A stretch of 64,000 nt of DNA from Candidatus Omnitrophota bacterium (GTDB lineage: Bacteria; Omnitrophota; Gorgyraeia; Gygaellales; Profunditerraquicolaceae): positions 41,690 to 105,689 of the forward strand of contig QZKA01000019.1 in assembly GCA_003598135.1 (NCBI GenBank), given 5' to 3'. Below, one piece after another: positions 63,818 to 64,000 of this stretch (position 1 is its first letter; the number at the start of each line of letters is the position of its first letter). The notes beneath the pieces were generated by a model. The model saw only the letters and a program-made list of their open reading frames with translations, had not been told where the DNA came from and ran no database searches. The position numbers were made by a program, and so were the translations under genes.

Positions 63818-64000
63818 ACTGCACCTGCAGAAGCTTGCGCACCGAAACGATTGTTTCAAGTGCTGCGGCATATGCCTTCTCTTTTCCTTCCCGGAGTATG
63901 TCGCGGATATAGCCCTTATCCTGAAGCAAATCTTTGCGTTTTTTTTGAATCGGGGCAAGATAAGAAATTAGTATTTCTGCTAATTCTTTTTTACACTCGG
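63807..64000 (-). CDS. trpS: tryptophan--tRNA ligase, C-terminal part (partial; runs off the window end)
   Basis: My own minus-strand translation ends ...[59 protein letters not shown], which resembles the C-terminus of a class I TrpRS. The stop TAA is at 63809..63807, and the gene overlaps the scpA start by 11 nt. Confidence 0.55.
   Translation of the reverse strand, partial: ECKKELAEILISYLAPIQKKRKDLLQDKGYIRDILREGKEKAYAAALETIVSVRKLLQVQYEL

Overview
This 64 kb window reads as a compact, almost entirely minus-strand housekeeping block from a bacterium. About 70 genes are on the minus strand; only rpmB and crtB are on the plus strand. Going left to right:

- 1..621: a partial HAMP/GAF-type signalling protein.
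- 623..3941: ilvB and ilvD.
- 4022..8852: a long-form class II aldolase, pfkA, ahcY and metK.
- 8855..10403: a sugar-1-phosphate nucleotidyltransferase with a cupin-type glucose-6-phosphate isomerase.
- 10400..14126: a nitrogen-type PTS set, ptsI, ptsH, a YvcK-like protein and ptsN.
- 14156..14888: a tRNA cluster, Gly-GCC, Leu-TAG and Lys-TTT, with unusual structured repeats between the tRNAs.
- 14947..17669: the rpsB-tsf-pyrH-frr operon.
- 18199..18597: arfB.
- 18663..21097: a small envelope-type operon of an M48 lipoprotein peptidase plus secreted hypotheticals.
- 21128..22522: a three-PAS protein with no output domain.
- 22582..25488: a 968-aa UvrD-type helicase fused to a PD-(D/E)xK Cys4 nuclease.
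- 25579..29512: rpmB (plus strand), recJ, argS and rsfS.
- 29863..32153: a CNNM/CorC-type transporter and an M16 peptidase.
- 32146..37921: a trp operon, trpG-D-C-F-(membrane protein)-B-A, with no trpE.
- 37897..47128: murA, prmC, prfA, rpmE, rho, coaE, glgA and polA.
- 47174..47968: a TPR protein.
- 48173..53144: a one-carbon cluster, an FAD oxidoreductase overlapping metF, a GT-C-like membrane protein, folD and fchA.
- 53256..56485: yraN, rnhB, rplS, trmD and tgt.
- 56526..59548: a carotenoid cluster, heterodimeric lycopene cyclase halves, crtB and crtI.
- 59563..64000: queA, a SpoIID/LytB protein, a DUF2905-type small membrane protein, ruvB, scpA and the 3' end of trpS.

I found no CRISPR array, transposase, integrase or recognisable defence island, and nothing I can defend as a wholly new multi-gene system. 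The signals most worth a second look are:
- A tandem 21-nt motif, AGGTTAAGGCTNAGGTTAAGG, which sits next to a TATAAT -10 box upstream of ahcY and upstream of tRNA-Leu, plus a related AGGTTAA palindrome directly after the rpmB -10 box.
- Two imperfect hairpin repeats and a tRNA-Leu 3'-end duplicate inside the tRNA cluster.
- The archaeal-style cupin glucose-6-phosphate isomerase.
- The FAD oxidoreductase translationally coupled to metF.
- Several small, strongly RBS-supported ORFs that fall below the ORF-track size cut-off.
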